Of a stretch of DNA of 64,000 nt, positions 1 through 15,000 are shown piece after piece. The position numbers and the translations under genes are program-made. Origin of the DNA: Eledone cirrhosa. Its lineage: Eukaryota. The notes under the pieces were generated by a model, which did no database searches, was not told the DNA's origin, and was given only the letters and a program-made list of their open reading frames with translations. Position 1 is the first letter of the stretch. Each line of letters begins with the position of its first letter. The stretch lies in assembly GCA_964016885.1 (NCBI GenBank), contig OZ024743.1, positions 297,538,001-297,602,000 of the forward strand, in the 5' to 3' direction.

Positions 1-3000
1 GAGTTAGGAGAGGAGATACCAGTGACGTATGTAAGAGTTAGGAGAGGAGATGTCAGTGACGTATGTAAGAGTTACGAGAGGAGATACCAGTGACGTATGT
101 AAGAGTTAGGAGAGGAGATACCAGTGACGTATGTAAGAGTTAGGAGAGGAGATACCAGTGACGTATGTAAGAGTTAGGAGAGGAGATATCAGTGACGTAT
201 GTAAGGGTTACGAGAGGAGATACCAGTGACGTATGTAAGAGTTAGGAGAGGAGATACCAGTGACGTATGTAAGTGTTACGAGAGGAGATACCAGTGACGT
301 ATGTAAGAGTTAGGAGAGGAGATACCAGTGACGTATGTAAGAGTTAGGAGAGGAGATATCAGTGACGTATGTAAGTGTTACGAGAGGAGATACCAGTGAC
401 GTATGTAAGAGTTAGGAGAGGAGATACCAGTGACGTATGTAAGTGTTACGAGAGGAGATACCAGTGACATATGTAAGAGTTAGGAGAGGAGATACCAGTG
501 ACGTATGTAAGAGCTAGGGGAGGAGATACCAGTGACGTATGTAAGAGTTAGGAGAGGAGATACCAGTGACGTATGTAAGAGTTAGGAGAGGAGATACCAG
601 TGACGTATGTCAGAGTTAGGAGAGGAGATACCAGTGACGTATGTAAGAGTTAGGAAGAAGATATCAGTGACGTATGTAAGTGTTAGGAGAGGAGATACCA
701 GTGACGTTTGTAAGAGTTAGGAGAGGACATACCAGTGACGTATGTAAGAGTTAGGAGAGGAGATACCAGTGACGTATGTAAGAGTTAGTAGAGGAGATAC
801 CAGTGACGTTTGTAAGAGTTAGGAGAGGAGATACCTGTGACGTTTGTAAGAGTTAGGAGAGGAGATACCAGTGACGTATGTAAGTGGTAGGAGAGGAGAT
901 ATCAGTGACGTATGTAAGAGTTAGGAGAGGAGATACCAGTGACGTATGTAAGAGTTAGTAGAGGAGATACCAGTGACGTTTGTAAGAGTTAGGAGAGGAG
1001 ATACCTGTGACGTTTGTAAGAGTTAGGAGAGGACATACCAGTGACGTATGTAAGAGTTAGGAGAGGAGATACCAGTGACGTATGTAAGAGTTAGGAGAGG
1101 AGATACCAGTGACGTATGTAAGAGTTAGGAGAGGAGATATCAGTGACGTATGTCAGAGTTAGGAGAGGAGATACCAGTGACGTATGTAAGTGTTAGAAGA
1201 GGAGATACCAGTGACGTATGTAAGAGTTAGGAGAGGAGATACCAGTGACGTATGTAAGAGTTAGGAGAGGAGATATCAATGACGTATGTAAGAGTTAGGA
1301 AGGAGATATCAGTGACGTATGTCAGAGTTAGGAGAGAAGATACCAGTGACGTATGTAAGAGTCAGGAGAGGAGATACCAGTGACGTATGTAAGAGTTAGG
1401 AGAGGAGATACCAGTGACGTATGTAAGAGTTAGGAGAGGAGATACCAGTGACGTATGTAAGTGTTAGGAGAGGAGATATCAGTGACGTATGTCAGAGGTA
1501 GGAGAGAAGATACCAGTGACGTATGTCAGAGTTAGGAGAGGAGATACCAGTGACGTATGTAAGAGTTAGGAGAGGAGATACCAGTGACGTATGTAAGTGT
1601 TAGGAGAGGAGATACCAGTGACGTATGTAAGAGTTAGGAGAGGAGATATCAGTGACGTATGTAAGTGTTACGAGAGGAGATACCAGTGACGTATGTAAGA
1701 GTTAGGAGAGGAGATACCAGTGACGTATGTAAGTGTTACGAGAGGAGATACCAGTGACATATGTAAGAGTTAGGAGAGGAGATACCAGTGACGTATGTAA
1801 GAGCTAGGGGGGGAGATACCAGTGACGTATGTAAGAGTTAGGGAGGAGATACCAGTGACGTATGTAAGAGTTAGGAGAGGAGATACCAGTGACGTATGTC
1901 AGAGTTAGGAGAGGAGATACCAGTGACGTATGTAAGAGTTAGGAAGAAGATATTAGTGACGTATGTAAGTGTTAGGAGAGGAGATACCAGTGACCTTTGT
2001 AAGAGTTAGGAGAGGACATACCAGTGACGTATGTAAGAGTTAGGAGAGGAGATACCAGTGACGTATGTAAGAGTTAGTAGAGGAGATACCAGTGACGTTT
2101 GTAAGAGTTAGGAGAGGAGATACCTGTGACGTTTGTAAGAGTTAGGAGAGGAGATACCAGTGACGTATGTAAGTGTTAGGAGAGGAGATATCAGTGACGT
2201 ATGTCAGAGATAGGAGAGCAGATACCAGTGACGTTTGTAAGAGTTAGGAGAGGACATACCAGTGACGTATGTAAGAGTTAGGAGAGGAGATACCAGTGAC
2301 GTATGTAAGAGTTAGGAGAGGAGATACCAGTGCCGTTTGTAAGAGTTAGGATAGGAGATACCTGTGACGTTTGTAAGAGTTAGGAGAGGGGATACTATTG
2401 ACGTATGTAAGTGTTAGGAGAGGAGATATCAGTGACGTATGTAAGAGTTAGGAGAGGAGATATCAGTGACGTATGTCAGAGTTAGGAGAGGAGATACCAG
2501 TGACGTATGTAAGTGTTAGAAGAGGAGATACCAGTGACGTATGTAAGAGTTAGGAGAGGAGATACCAGTGACGTATGTAAGAGTTAGGAGAGGAGATATC
2601 AATGACGTATGTAAGAGTTAGGAAGGAGATATCAGTGACGTATGTCAGAGTTAGGAGAGAAGATACGAGTGACGTATGTAAGAGTTAGTAGAGGAGATAC
2701 TAGTGACGTATGTCAGAGTTAGGAGAGGAGATACCAGTGACGTATGTAAGAGTTAGGAGAGGAGATACCAGTGACGTATGTAAGTGTTAGGAGAGGAGAT
2801 ATCAGTGACGTATGTCAGAGGTAGGAGAGGAGATACCAGTGACGTATGTCAGAGTTAGGAGAGGAGATACCAGTGACGTATGTAAGAGTTAGGAGAGGAG
2901 ATACCAGTGACGTATGTAAGAGTTAGGAGAGGAGATATCAGTGACGTATGTAAGTGTTACGAGATGAGATACCAGTGACGTATGTAAGAGTTAGGAGAGG

Positions 3001-6000
3001 AGATACCAGTGACGTATGTAAGAGTTAGGAGAGGAGATGTCAGTGACGTATGTAAGAGTTACGAGAGGAGATACCAGTGACGTATGTAAGAGTTAGGAGA
3101 GGAGATACCAGTGACGTATGTAAGAGTTAGGAGAGGAGATACCAGTGACGTATGTAAGAGTTAGGAGAGGAGATATCAGTGACGTATGTAAGTGTTACGA
3201 GAGGAGATACCAGTGACGTATGTAAGAGTTAGGAGAGGAGATACCAGTGACGTATGTAAGTGTTACGAGAGGAGATACCAGTGACGTATGTAAGAGTTAG
3301 GAGAGGAGATACCAGTGACGTATGTAAGAGTTAGGAGAGGAGATATCAGTGACGTATGTAAGTGTTACGAGAGGAGATACCAGTGACGTATGTAAGTGTT
3401 ACGAGAGGAGATACCAGTGACGTATGTAAGAGTTAGGAGAGGAGATACCAGTGACGTATGTAAGTGTTACGAGAGGAGATACCAGTGACATATGTAAGAG
3501 TTAGGAGAGGAGATACCAGTGACGTATGTAAGAGCTAGGGGAGGAGATACCAGTGACGTATGTAAGAGTTAGGAGAGGAGATACCAGTGACGTATGTAAG
3601 AGTTAGGAGAGGAGATACCAGTGACGTATGTCAGAGTTAGGAGAGGAGATACCAGTGACGTATGTAAGAGTTAGGAAGAAGATATCAGTGACGTATGTAA
3701 GTGTTAGGAGAGGAGATACCAGTGACGTTTGTAAGAGTTAGGAGAGGACATACCAGTGACGTATGTAAGAGTTAGGAGAGGAGATACCAGTGACGTATGT
3801 AAGAGTTAGTAGAGGAGATACCAGTGACGTTTGTAAGAGTTAGGAGAGGAGATACCTGTGACGTTTGTAAGAGTTAGGAGAGGAGATACCAGTGACGTAT
3901 GTAAGTGGTAGGAGAGGAGATATCAGTGACGTATGTAAGAGTTAGGAGAGGAGATACCAGTGACGTATGTAAGAGTTAGTAGAGGAGATACCAGTGACGT
4001 TTGTAAGAGTTAGGAGAGGAGATACCTGTGACGTTTGTAAGAGTTAGGAGAGGACATACCAGTGACGTATGTAAGAGTTAGGAGAGGAGATACCAGTGAC
4101 GTATGTAAGAGTTAGGAGAGGAGATACCAGTGACGTATGTAAGAGTTAGGAGAGGAGATATCAGTGACGTATGTCAGAGTTAGGAGAGGAGATACCAGTG
4201 ACGTATGTAAGTGTTAGAAGAGGAGATACCAGTGACGTATGTAAGAGTTAGGAGAGGAGATACCAGTGACGTATGTAAGAGTTAGGAGAGGAGATATCAA
4301 TGACGTATGTAAGAGTTAGGAGGGAGATATCAGTGACGTATGTCAGAGTTAGGAGAGAAGATACCAGTGACGTATGTAAGAGTCAGGAGAGGAGATACCA
4401 GTGACGTATGTAAGAGTTAGGAGAGGAGATACCAGTGACGTATGTAAGAGTTAGGAGAGGAGATACCAGTGACGTATGTAAGTGTTAGGAGAGGAGATAT
4501 CAGTGACGTATGTCAGAGGTAGGAGAGAAGATACCAGTGACGTATGTCAGAGTTAGGAGAGGAGATACCAGTGACGTATGTAAGAGTTAGGAGAGGAGAT
4601 ACCAGTGACGTATGTAAGTGTTAGGAGAGGAGATACCAGTGACGTATGTAAGAGTTAGGAGAGGAGATATCAGTGACGTATGTAAGTGTTACGAGAGGAG
4701 ATACCAGTGACGTATGTAAGAGTTAGGAGAGGAGATACCAGTGACGTATGTAAGTGTTACGAGAGGAGATACCAGTGACATATGTAAGAGTTAGGAGAGG
4801 AGATACCAGTGACGTATGTAAGAGCTAGGGGGGGAGATACCAGTGACGTATGTAAGAGTTAGGGAGGAGATACCAGTGACGTATGTAAGAGTTAGGAGAG
4901 GAGATACCAGTGACGTATGTCAGAGTTAGGAGAGGAGATACCAGTGACGTATGTAAGAGGTAGGAAGAAGATATTAGTGACGTATGTAAGTGTTAGGAGA
5001 GGAGATACCAGTGACGTTTGTAAGAGTTAGGAGAGGACATACCAGTGACGTATGTAAGAGTTAGGAGAGGAGATACCAGTGACGTATGTAAGAGTTAGTA
5101 GAGGAGATACCAGTGACGTTTGTAAGAGTTAGGAGAGGAGATACCTGTGACGTTTGTAAGAGTTAGGAGAGGAGATACCAGTGACGTATGTAAGTGTTAG
5201 GAGAGGAGATATCAGTGACGTATGTCAGAGATAGGAGAGCAGATACCAGTGACGTTTGTAAGAGTTAGGAGAGGACATACCAGTGACGTATGTAAGAGTT
5301 AGGAGAGGAGATACCAGTGACGTATGTAAGAGTTAGGAGAGGAGATACCAGTGCCGTTTGTAAGAGTTAGGATAGGAGATACCTGTGACGTTTGTAAGAG
5401 TTAGGAGAGGGGATACCATTGACGTATGTAAGTGTTAGGAGAGGAGATATCAGTGACGTATGTCAGAGTTAGGAGAGGAGATACCAGTGACGTATGTAAG
5501 TGTTAGGAGAGGAGATATCAGTGACGTATGTCAGAGATAGGAGAGCAGATACCAGTGACGTTTGTAAGAGTTAGGAGAGGACATACCAGTGACGTATGTA
5601 AGAGTTAGGAGAGGAGATACCAGTGACGTATGTAAGAGTTAAGAGAGGAGATACCAGTGCCGTTTGTAAGAGTTAGGATAGGAGATACCTGTGACGTTTG
5701 TAAGAGTTAGGAGAGGGGATACCATTGACGTATGTAAGTGTTAGGAGAGGAGATATCAGTGACGTATGTAAGAGTTAGGAGAGGAGATATCAGTGATGTA
5801 TGTCAGAGTTAGGAGAGGAGATACCAGTGACGTATGTAAGTGTTAGAAGAGGAGATACCAGTGACGTATGTAAGAGTTAGGAGAGGAGATACCAGTGACG
5901 TATGTAAGAGTTAGGAGAGGAGATATCAATGACGTATGTAAGAGTTAGGAAGGAGATATCAGTGACGTATGTCAGAGTTAGGAGAGAAGATACGAGTGAC

Positions 6001-9000
6001 GTATGTAAGAGTTAGTAGAGGAGATACTAGTGACGTATGTCAGAGTTAGGAGAGGAGATACCAGTGACGTATGTAAGAGTTAGGAGAGGAGATACCAGTG
6101 ACGTATGTAAGTGTTAGGAGAGGAGATATCAGTGACGTATGTCAGAGGTAGGAGAGGAGATACCAGTGACGTATGTCAGAGTTAGGAGAGGAGATACCAG
6201 TGACGTATGTAAGAGTTAGGAGAGGAGATACCAGTGACGTATGTAAGAGTTAGGAGAGGAGATATCAGTGACGTATGTAAGTGTTACGAGATGAGATACC
6301 AGTGACGTATGTAAGAGTTAGGAGAGGAGATACCAGTGACGTATGTAAGAGTTAGGAGAGGAGATACCAGTGACGTATGTAAGTGTTAGGAGAGGAGATA
6401 CCAGTGACGTATGTAAGAGTTAGGAGAGGAGATATCAGTGACGTATGTAAGTGTTACGAGAGGAGATACCAGTGACGTATGTAAGAGTTAGGAGAGGAGA
6501 TACCAGTGACGTATGTAAGTGTTACGAGAGGAGATACCAGTGACATATGTAAGAGTTAGGAGAGGAGATACCAGTGACGTATGTAAGAGCTAGGGGGGGA
6601 GATACCTGTGACGTATGTAAGAGTTAGGGAGGAGATACCAGTGACGTATGTAAGAGTTAGGAGAGGAGATACCAGTGACGTATGTCAGAGTTAGGAGAGG
6701 AGATACCAGTGACGTATGTAAGAGTTAGGAAGAAGATATTAGTGACGTATGTAAGTGTTAGGAGAGGAGATACCAGTGACGTTTGTAAGAGTTAGGAGAG
6801 GACATACCAGTGACGTATGTAAGAGTTAGGAGAGGAGATACCAGTGACGTATGTAAGAGTTAGTAGAGGAGATACCAGTGACGTTTGTAAGAGTTAGGAG
6901 AGGAGATACCTGTGACGTTTGTAAGAGTTAGGAGAGGAGATACCAGTGACGTATGTAAGTGTTAGGAGAGGAGATATCAGTGACGTATGTCAGAGATAGG
7001 AGAGCAGATACCAGTGACGTTTGTAAGAGTTAGGAGAGGACATACCAGTGACGTATGTAAGAGTTAGGAGAGGAGATACCAGTGACGTATGTAAGAGTTA
7101 GGAGAGGAGATACCAGTGCCGTTTGTAAGAGTTAGGATAGGAGATACCTGTGACGTTTGTAAGAGTTAGGAGAGGGGATACCATTGACGTATGTAAGTGT
7201 TAGGAGAGGAGATATCAGTGACGTATGTCAGAGTTAGGAGAGGAGATACCAGTGACGTATGTAAGTGTTAGGAGAGGAGATATCAGTGACGTATGTCAGA
7301 GATAGGAGAGCAGATACCAGTGACGTTTGTAAGAGTTAGGAGAGGACATACCAGTGACGTATGTAAGAGTTAGGAGAGGAGATACCAGTGACGTATGTAA
7401 GAGTTAAGAGAGGAGATACCAGTGCCGTTTGTAAGAGTTAGGATAGGAGATACCTGTGACGTTTGTAAGAGTTAGGAGAGGGGATACCATTGACGTATGT
7501 AAGTGTTAGGAGAGGAGATATCAGTGACGTATGTAAGAGTTAGGAGAGGAGATATCAGTGATGTATGTCAGAGTTAGGAGAGGAGATACCAGTGACGTAT
7601 GTAAGTGTTAGAAGAGGAGATACCAGTGACGTATGTAAGAGTTAGGAGAGGAGATACCAGTGACGTATGTAAGAGTTAGGAGAGGAGATATCAATGACGT
7701 ATGTAAGAGTTAGGAAGGAGATATCAGTGACGTATGTCAGAGTTAGGAGAGAAGATACGAGTGACGTATGTAAGAGTTAGTAGAGGAGATACTAGTGACG
7801 TATGTCAGAGTTAGGAGAGGAGATACCATTGACGTATGTAAGAGTTAGGAGAGGAGATACCAGTGACGTATGTAAGTGTTAGGAGAGGAGATATCAGTGA
7901 CGTATGTCAGAGGTAGGAGAGGAGATACCAGTGACGTATGTCAGAGTTAGGAGAGGAGATACCAGTGACGTATGTAAGAGTTAGGAGAGGAGATACCAGT
8001 GACGTATGTAAGAGTTAGGAGAGGAGATATCAGTGACGTATGTAAGTGTTACGAGATGAGATACCAGTGACGTATGTAAGAGTTAGGAGAGGAGATACCA
8101 GTGACGTATGTAAGAGTTAGGAGAGGAGATGTCAGTGACGTATGTAAGAGTTACGAGAGGAGATACCAGTGACGTATGTAAGAGTTAGGAGAGGAGATAC
8201 CAGTGACGTATGTAAGAGTTAGGAGAGGAGATACCAGTGACGTATGTAAGAGTTAGGAGAGGAGATATCAGTGACGTATGTAAGTGTTACGAGAGGAGAT
8301 ACCAGTGACGTATGTAAGAGTTAGGAGAGGAGATACCAGTGACGTATGTAAGTGTTACGAGAGGAGATACCAGTGACGTATGTAAGAGTTAGGAGAGGAG
8401 ATACCAGTGACGTATGTAAGAGTTAGGAGAGGAGATATCAGTGACGTATGTAAGTGTTACGAGAGGAGATACCAGTGACGTATGTAAGAGTTAGGAGAGG
8501 AGATACCAGTGACGTATGTAAGTGTTACGAGAGGAGATACCAGTGGCATATGTAAGAGTTAGGAGAGGAGATACCAGTGACGTATGTAAGAGCTAGGGGA
8601 GGAGATACCAGTGACGTATGTAAGAGTTAGGAGAGGAGATACCAGTGACGTATGTAAGAGTTAGGAGAGGTGATACCAGTGACGTATGTCAGAGTTAGGA
8701 GAGGAGATACCAGTGACGTATGTAAGAGTTAGGAAGAAGATATCAGTGACGTATGTAAGTGTTAGGAGAGGAGATACCAGTGACGTATGTAAGAGTTACG
8801 AGAGGAGATATCAGTGACGTATGTAAGAGTTAGGAAGGAGATATCAGTGACGTATGTCAGAGTTAGGAGAGGAGATACCAGTGACGTATGTAAGAGTTAG
8901 GAGAGGAGATACCAGTGACGTATGTAAGTGTTAGGAGAGGAGATATCAGTGACGTATGTCAGAGTTAGGAAGGAGATATCAGTGACGTATGTCAGAGTTA

Positions 9001-12000
9001 GGAGAGGAGATACCAGTGACGTTTGTAAGAGTTAGGAGAGGACATACCAGTGACGTATGTAAGACTTAGGAGAGGAGATACCAGTGACGTATGTAAGAGT
9101 TAGGAGAGGAGATACCAGTGACGTTTGTAAGAGTTAGGAGAGGAGATACCAGTGACGTATGTAAGTGTTAGGAGAGGAGAAATCAGTGACGTATGTCAGA
9201 GTTAGGAGTGGAGATACCAGTGACGTATGTAAGAGTTAGGAGAGGAGATATCAGTGACGTATGTCAGAGTTAGGAGAGGAGATATCAGTGACGTATGTAA
9301 GAGTTACGAGAGGAGATACCAGTGACGTATGTAAGAGTTAGGAGAGGAGATACCAGTGACGTATGTAAGAGTTAGGAGAGGAGATACCAGTGACGTATGT
9401 AAGAGTTAGGAGAGGAGATATCAGTGACGTATGTAAGTGTTACGAGAGGAAATACCAGTGACGTATGTAAGAGTTAGGAGAGGAGATACCAGTGACGTAT
9501 GTAAGTGTTACGAGAGGAGATACCAGTGACGTATGTAAGAGTTAGGAGAGGAGATACCAGTGACGTATGTAAGAGATAGGGGAGGAGATACCAGTGACGT
9601 ATGTAAGAGTTAGGAGAGGAGATACCAGTGACGTATGTAAGGGTTAGGAGAGGAGATATCAGTGACGTATGTCAGAGTTAGGAAGGAGATATCAGTGACG
9701 TATGTCAGAGTTAGGAGAGGAGTTACCAGTGACGTTTGTAAGAGTTAGGAGAGGACATACCAGTGACGTATGTAAGAGTTAGGAGAGGAGATACCAGTGA
9801 CGTACGTAAGAGTTAGGAGAGGAGATACCAGTGACGTTTGTAAGAGTAAGGAGAGGAGATACCAGTGACGTTTGTAAGAGTTAGGAGAGGAGATACCAGT
9901 GACGTATGTAAGTGTTAGGAGAGGAGATATCAGTGACGTATGTAAGAGTTAGGAGAGGAGATACCAGTGACGTATGTAAGAGTTAGGAGAGGAGATATCA
10001 ATGACGTATGTAAGAGTTAGGAAGGAGATATCAGTGACGTATGTCAGAGTTAGGAGAGAAGATACCAGTGACGTATGTAAGAGTTAGGAGAGGAGATACC
10101 AGTGACGTATGTAAGAGTTAGGAGAGGAGATACCAGTGACGTATGTAAGAGTTAGGAGAGGAGATACCAGTGACGTATGTAAGTGTTAGGAGAGGAGATA
10201 TCAGTGACGTATGTCAGAGTTAGGAGAGGAGAGGAGATACCAGTGACGTATGTAAGTGTTAGGAGAGGAGATATCAGTGACGTATGTCAGAGTTAGGAGA
10301 GGAGATAGCAGTGACGTATGTCAGAGTTAGGAGAGGAGATACCAGTGACGTATGTAAGAGTTAGGAGAGGAGATACCAGTGACGTATGTAAGTGTTAGGA
10401 GAGGAGATACCAGTGACGTATGTAAGAGTTAGGAGAGGAGATACCAGTCACGTATGTAAGAGTTAGGAGAGGAGATACCAGTGACGTATGTAAGTGTTCG
10501 GAGAGGAGATACCAGTGACGTATGTAAGAGTTACGAGAGGAGATACCAGTGACGTATGTAAGAGTTAGGAGAGGAGATACCAGTGACGTATGTAAGTGTT
10601 AGGAGAGGAGATACCAGTGACGTATGTAAGAGTTAGGAGAGGAGATACCAGTGACGTATGTAAGTGTTAGGAGAGGAGATACCAGTGACGTATGTAAGAG
10701 TTAGGAGAGGAGATATCAGTGACGTATGTCAGAGTTAGGAGAGGAGATACCAGTGACGTATCTAAGTGTTAGAAGAGGAGATACCAGTGACGTATGTAAG
10801 AGTTAGGAGAGGAGATACCAGTGACGTATGTAAGAGTTAGGAGAGGAGATATCAATGACTTATGTAAGAGTTAGGAAGGAGATATCAGTGACGTATGTCA
10901 GAGTTAGGAGAGAAGATACCAGTGACGTATGTAAGAGTTAGGAGAGGAGATACCAGTGACGTATGTCAGAGTTAGGAGAGGAGATACCAGTGACGTATGT
11001 AAGAGTTAGGAGAGGAGATACCAGTGACGTATGTAAGTGTTAGGAGAGGAGATATCAGTGACGTATGTCAGAGTTAGGAGAGGAGATACCAGTGACGTAT
11101 GTAAGTGTTAGGAGAGGAGATATCAGTGACGTATGTCAGAGTTAGGAGAGGAGATACCAGTGACGTATGTCAGAGTTAGGAGAGGAGATACCAGTGACGT
11201 ATGTAAGATTGAGGAGAGGAGATACCAGTGACGTATGTAAGAGTTAGGAGAGGAGATACCAGTGACGTATGTAAGAGTTAGGAGAGGAGATATCAGTGAC
11301 GTATGTAAGTGTTACGCGTGGAGATACCAGTGACGTATTCTAAGAGTTAGGAGAGGAGATAGCAGTGACGTATGTAAGAGTTAGGAGAGGAGATATCAGT
11401 GACGTATGTTAAAGTTAGGAGAGGAGATACCAGTGACGTATGTAAGAGTTAGGAGAGGAGATACCAGTGACGTATGTAAGAGTTAGGAGAGGAGATACCA
11501 GTGACGTATGTAAGAGTTAGGAGAGGAGATATCAGTGACGTGTGTAAGTGTTACGAGAGGAAATACGAGTGACGTATGTAAGAGTTAGGAGAGGAGATAC
11601 CAGTGACGTATGTAAGTGTTACGAGAGGAGATAACAGTGACGTATGTAAGAGTTAGGAGAGGAGATACCAGTGACGTTTGTAAGAGTTAGGAGAGGACAT
11701 ACCAGTGACGTATGGAAGAGTTAGGAGAGGAGATACCAGTGACGTATGTAAGAGTTAGGAGAGGAGATACCAGTGACGTAGGTAAGAGTTAGGAAGAAGA
11801 TATCAGTGACGTATGTAAGTGTTAGGAGAGGAGATACCAGTGACGTATGTAAGAGTTACGAGAGGAGATATCAGTGACGTATGTAAGAGTTAGGAAGGAG
11901 ATATCAGTGACGTATGTCAGAGTTAGGAGAGGAGATACCAGTGACGGATGTAAGAGTTAGGAGAGGAGATACCAGTGACGTATGTAAGTGTTAGGAGAGG

Positions 12001-15000
12001 AGATATCAGTGACGTATGTCAGAGTTAGGAAGGAGATATCAGTGACGTATGTCAGAGTTAGGAGAGGAGATACCAGTGACGTTTGTAAGAGTTAGGAGAG
12101 GACATACCAGTGACGTATGTAAGATTTAGGAGAGGAGATACCAGTGACGTATGTAAGAGTTAGGAGAGGAGATACCAGTGACGTTTGTAAGAGTTAGGAG
12201 AGGAGATACCAGTGACGTATGTAAGTGTTAGCAGAGGAGAAATCAGTGACGTATGTCAGAGTTAGGAGTGGAGATACCAGTGACGTATGTCAGAGTTAGG
12301 AGAGGAGATATCAGTGACGTATGTAAGAGTTACGAGAGGAGATACCAGTGACGTATGTAAGAGTTAGGAGAGGAGATACCAGTGACGTATGTAAGAGATA
12401 GGGGAGGAGATACCAGTGACGTATGTAAGAGTTAGGAGAGGAGATACCAGTGACGTATGTAAGTGTTAGGAGAGGAGATATCAGTGACGTATGTCAGAGT
12501 TAGGAAGGAGATATCAGTGACGTATGTCAGAGTTAGGAGAGGAGATACCAGTGACGTTTGTAAGAGTTAGGAGAGGACATAACAGTGACGTATGTAAGAG
12601 TTAGGAGAGGAGATACCAGTGACGTATGTAAGAGTTAGGAGAGGAGATACCAGTGACGTTTGTAAGAGTTAGGAGAGGAGATACCAGTGACGTTTGTAAG
12701 AGTTAGGAGAGGAGATACCAGTGACGTATGTAAGTGTTAGGAGAGGAGATATCAGTGACGTATGTCAGAGTTAGGAGTGGAGATACCAGTGACGTATATA
12801 AGAGTTAGGAGAGGAGATATCAGTGACGTATGTCAGAGTTAGGAGAGGAGATACCAGTGACGTATGTAAGTGTTAGGAGAGGAGATACCAGTGACGTATG
12901 TAAGAGTTAGGAGAGGAGATACCAGTGACGTATGTAAGAGTTAGGAGAGGAGATATCAATGACGTATGTAAGAGTTAGGAAGGAGATATCAGTGACGTAT
13001 GTCAGAGTTAGGAGAGGAGATACCAGTGACGTTTGTAAGAGTTAGGAGAGGACATACCAGTGACGTATGTAAGAGTTAGGAGAGGAGATACCAGTGACGT
13101 ATGTAAGAGTTAGGAGAGGAGATACCAGTGACGTTTGTAAGAGTTAGGAGAGGAGATACCAGTGACGTATGTAAGTGTTAGCAGAGGAGAAATCAGTGAC
13201 GTATGTCAGAGTTAGGAGTGGAGATACCAGTGACGTATGTCAGAGTTAGGAGAGGAGATATCAGTGACGTATGTAAGAGTTACGAGAGGAGATACCAGTG
13301 ACGTATGTAAGAGTTAGGAGAGGAGATACCAGTGACGTATGTAAGAGATAGGGGAGGAGATACCAGTGACGTATGTAAGAGTTAGGAGAGGAGATACCAG
13401 TGACGTATGTAAGTGTTAGGAGAGGAGATATCAGTGACGTATGTCAGAGTTAGGAGAGGAGATACCAGTGACGTTTGTAAGAGTTAGGAGAGGACATAAC
13501 AGTGACGTATGTAAGAGTTAGGAGAGGAGATACCAGTGACGTATGTAAGAGTTAGGAGAGGAGATACCAGTGACGTTTGTAAGAGTTAGGAGAGGAGATA
13601 CCAGTGACGTTTGTAAGAGTTAGGAGAGGAGATACCAGTGACGTATGTAAGTGTTAGGAGAGGAGATATCAGTGACGTATGTCAGAGTTAGGAGTGGAGA
13701 TACCAGTGACGTATATAAGAGTTAGGAGAGGAGATATCAGTGACGTATGTCAGAGTTAGGAGAGGAGATACCAGTGACGTATGTAAGTGTTAGGAGAGGA
13801 GATACCAGTGACGTATGTAAGAGTTAGGAGAGGAGATACCAGTGACGTATGTAAGAGTTAGGAGAGGAGATATCAATGACGTATGTAAGAGTTAGGAAGG
13901 AGATATCAGTGACGTATGTCAGAGTTAGGAGAGAAGATACCAGTGACGTATGTAAGAGTTAGGAGAGGAGATACCAGTGACGTATGTAAGAGTTAGGAGA
14001 GGAGATACCAGTGACGTATGTAAGTGTTAGGAGAGGAGATATCAGTGACGTATGTCAGAGTTAGGAGAGGAGAGGAGATACCAGTGACGTATGTAAGTGT
14101 TAGGAGAGGAGATATCAGTGACGTATGTAAGAGTTAGGAAGGAGATATCAGTGACGTTTGTCAGAGTTAGGAGAGGAGATACCAGTGACGTATGTAAGAG
14201 TTAGGAGAGGAGATACCAGTGACGTATGTAAGTGTTATGAGAGGAGATATCAGTGACGTATGTCAGAGTTAGGAAGGAGATATCAGTGACGTATTTCAGA
14301 GTTAGGAGAGGAGATACCAGTGACGTTTGTAAGAGTTAGGAGAGGACATACCAGTGACGTATGTAAGAGTTAGGAGAGGAGATACCACTGACGTATGTAA
14401 GAGTTAGGAGAGGAGATACCAGTGACGTTTGTAAGAGTTAGGAGAGGAGATACCAGTGACGTATGTAAGTGTTAGGAGAGGAGAAATCAGTGACGTATGT
14501 CAGAGTTAGGAGTGGAGATACCAGTGACGTATGTCAGAGTTAGGAGAGGAGATATCAGTGACGTATGTAAGAGTTACGAGAGGAGATACCAGTGACGTAT
14601 GTAAGAGTTAGGAGAGGAGATACCAGTGACGTATGTAAGAGATAGGGGAGGAGATACCAGTGACTTATGTAAGAGTTAGGAGAGGAGATACCAGTGACGT
14701 ATGTAAGTGTTAGGAGAGGAGATATCAGTGACGTATGTCAGAGTTAGGAAGGAGATATCAGTGACGTATGTCAGAGTTAAGAGAGGAGATACCAGTGACG
14801 TTTGTAAGAGTTAGGAGAGGACATACCAGTGACGTATGTAAGAGTTAGGAGAGGAGATACCAGTGACGTATGTAAGAGTTAGGAGAGGAGATACCAGTGA
14901 CGTTTGTAAGAGTTAGGAGAGGAGATACCAGTGACGTATGTAAGTGTTAGGAGAGGAGATATCAGTGACGTATGTCAGAGTTAGGAGTGGAGATACCAGT

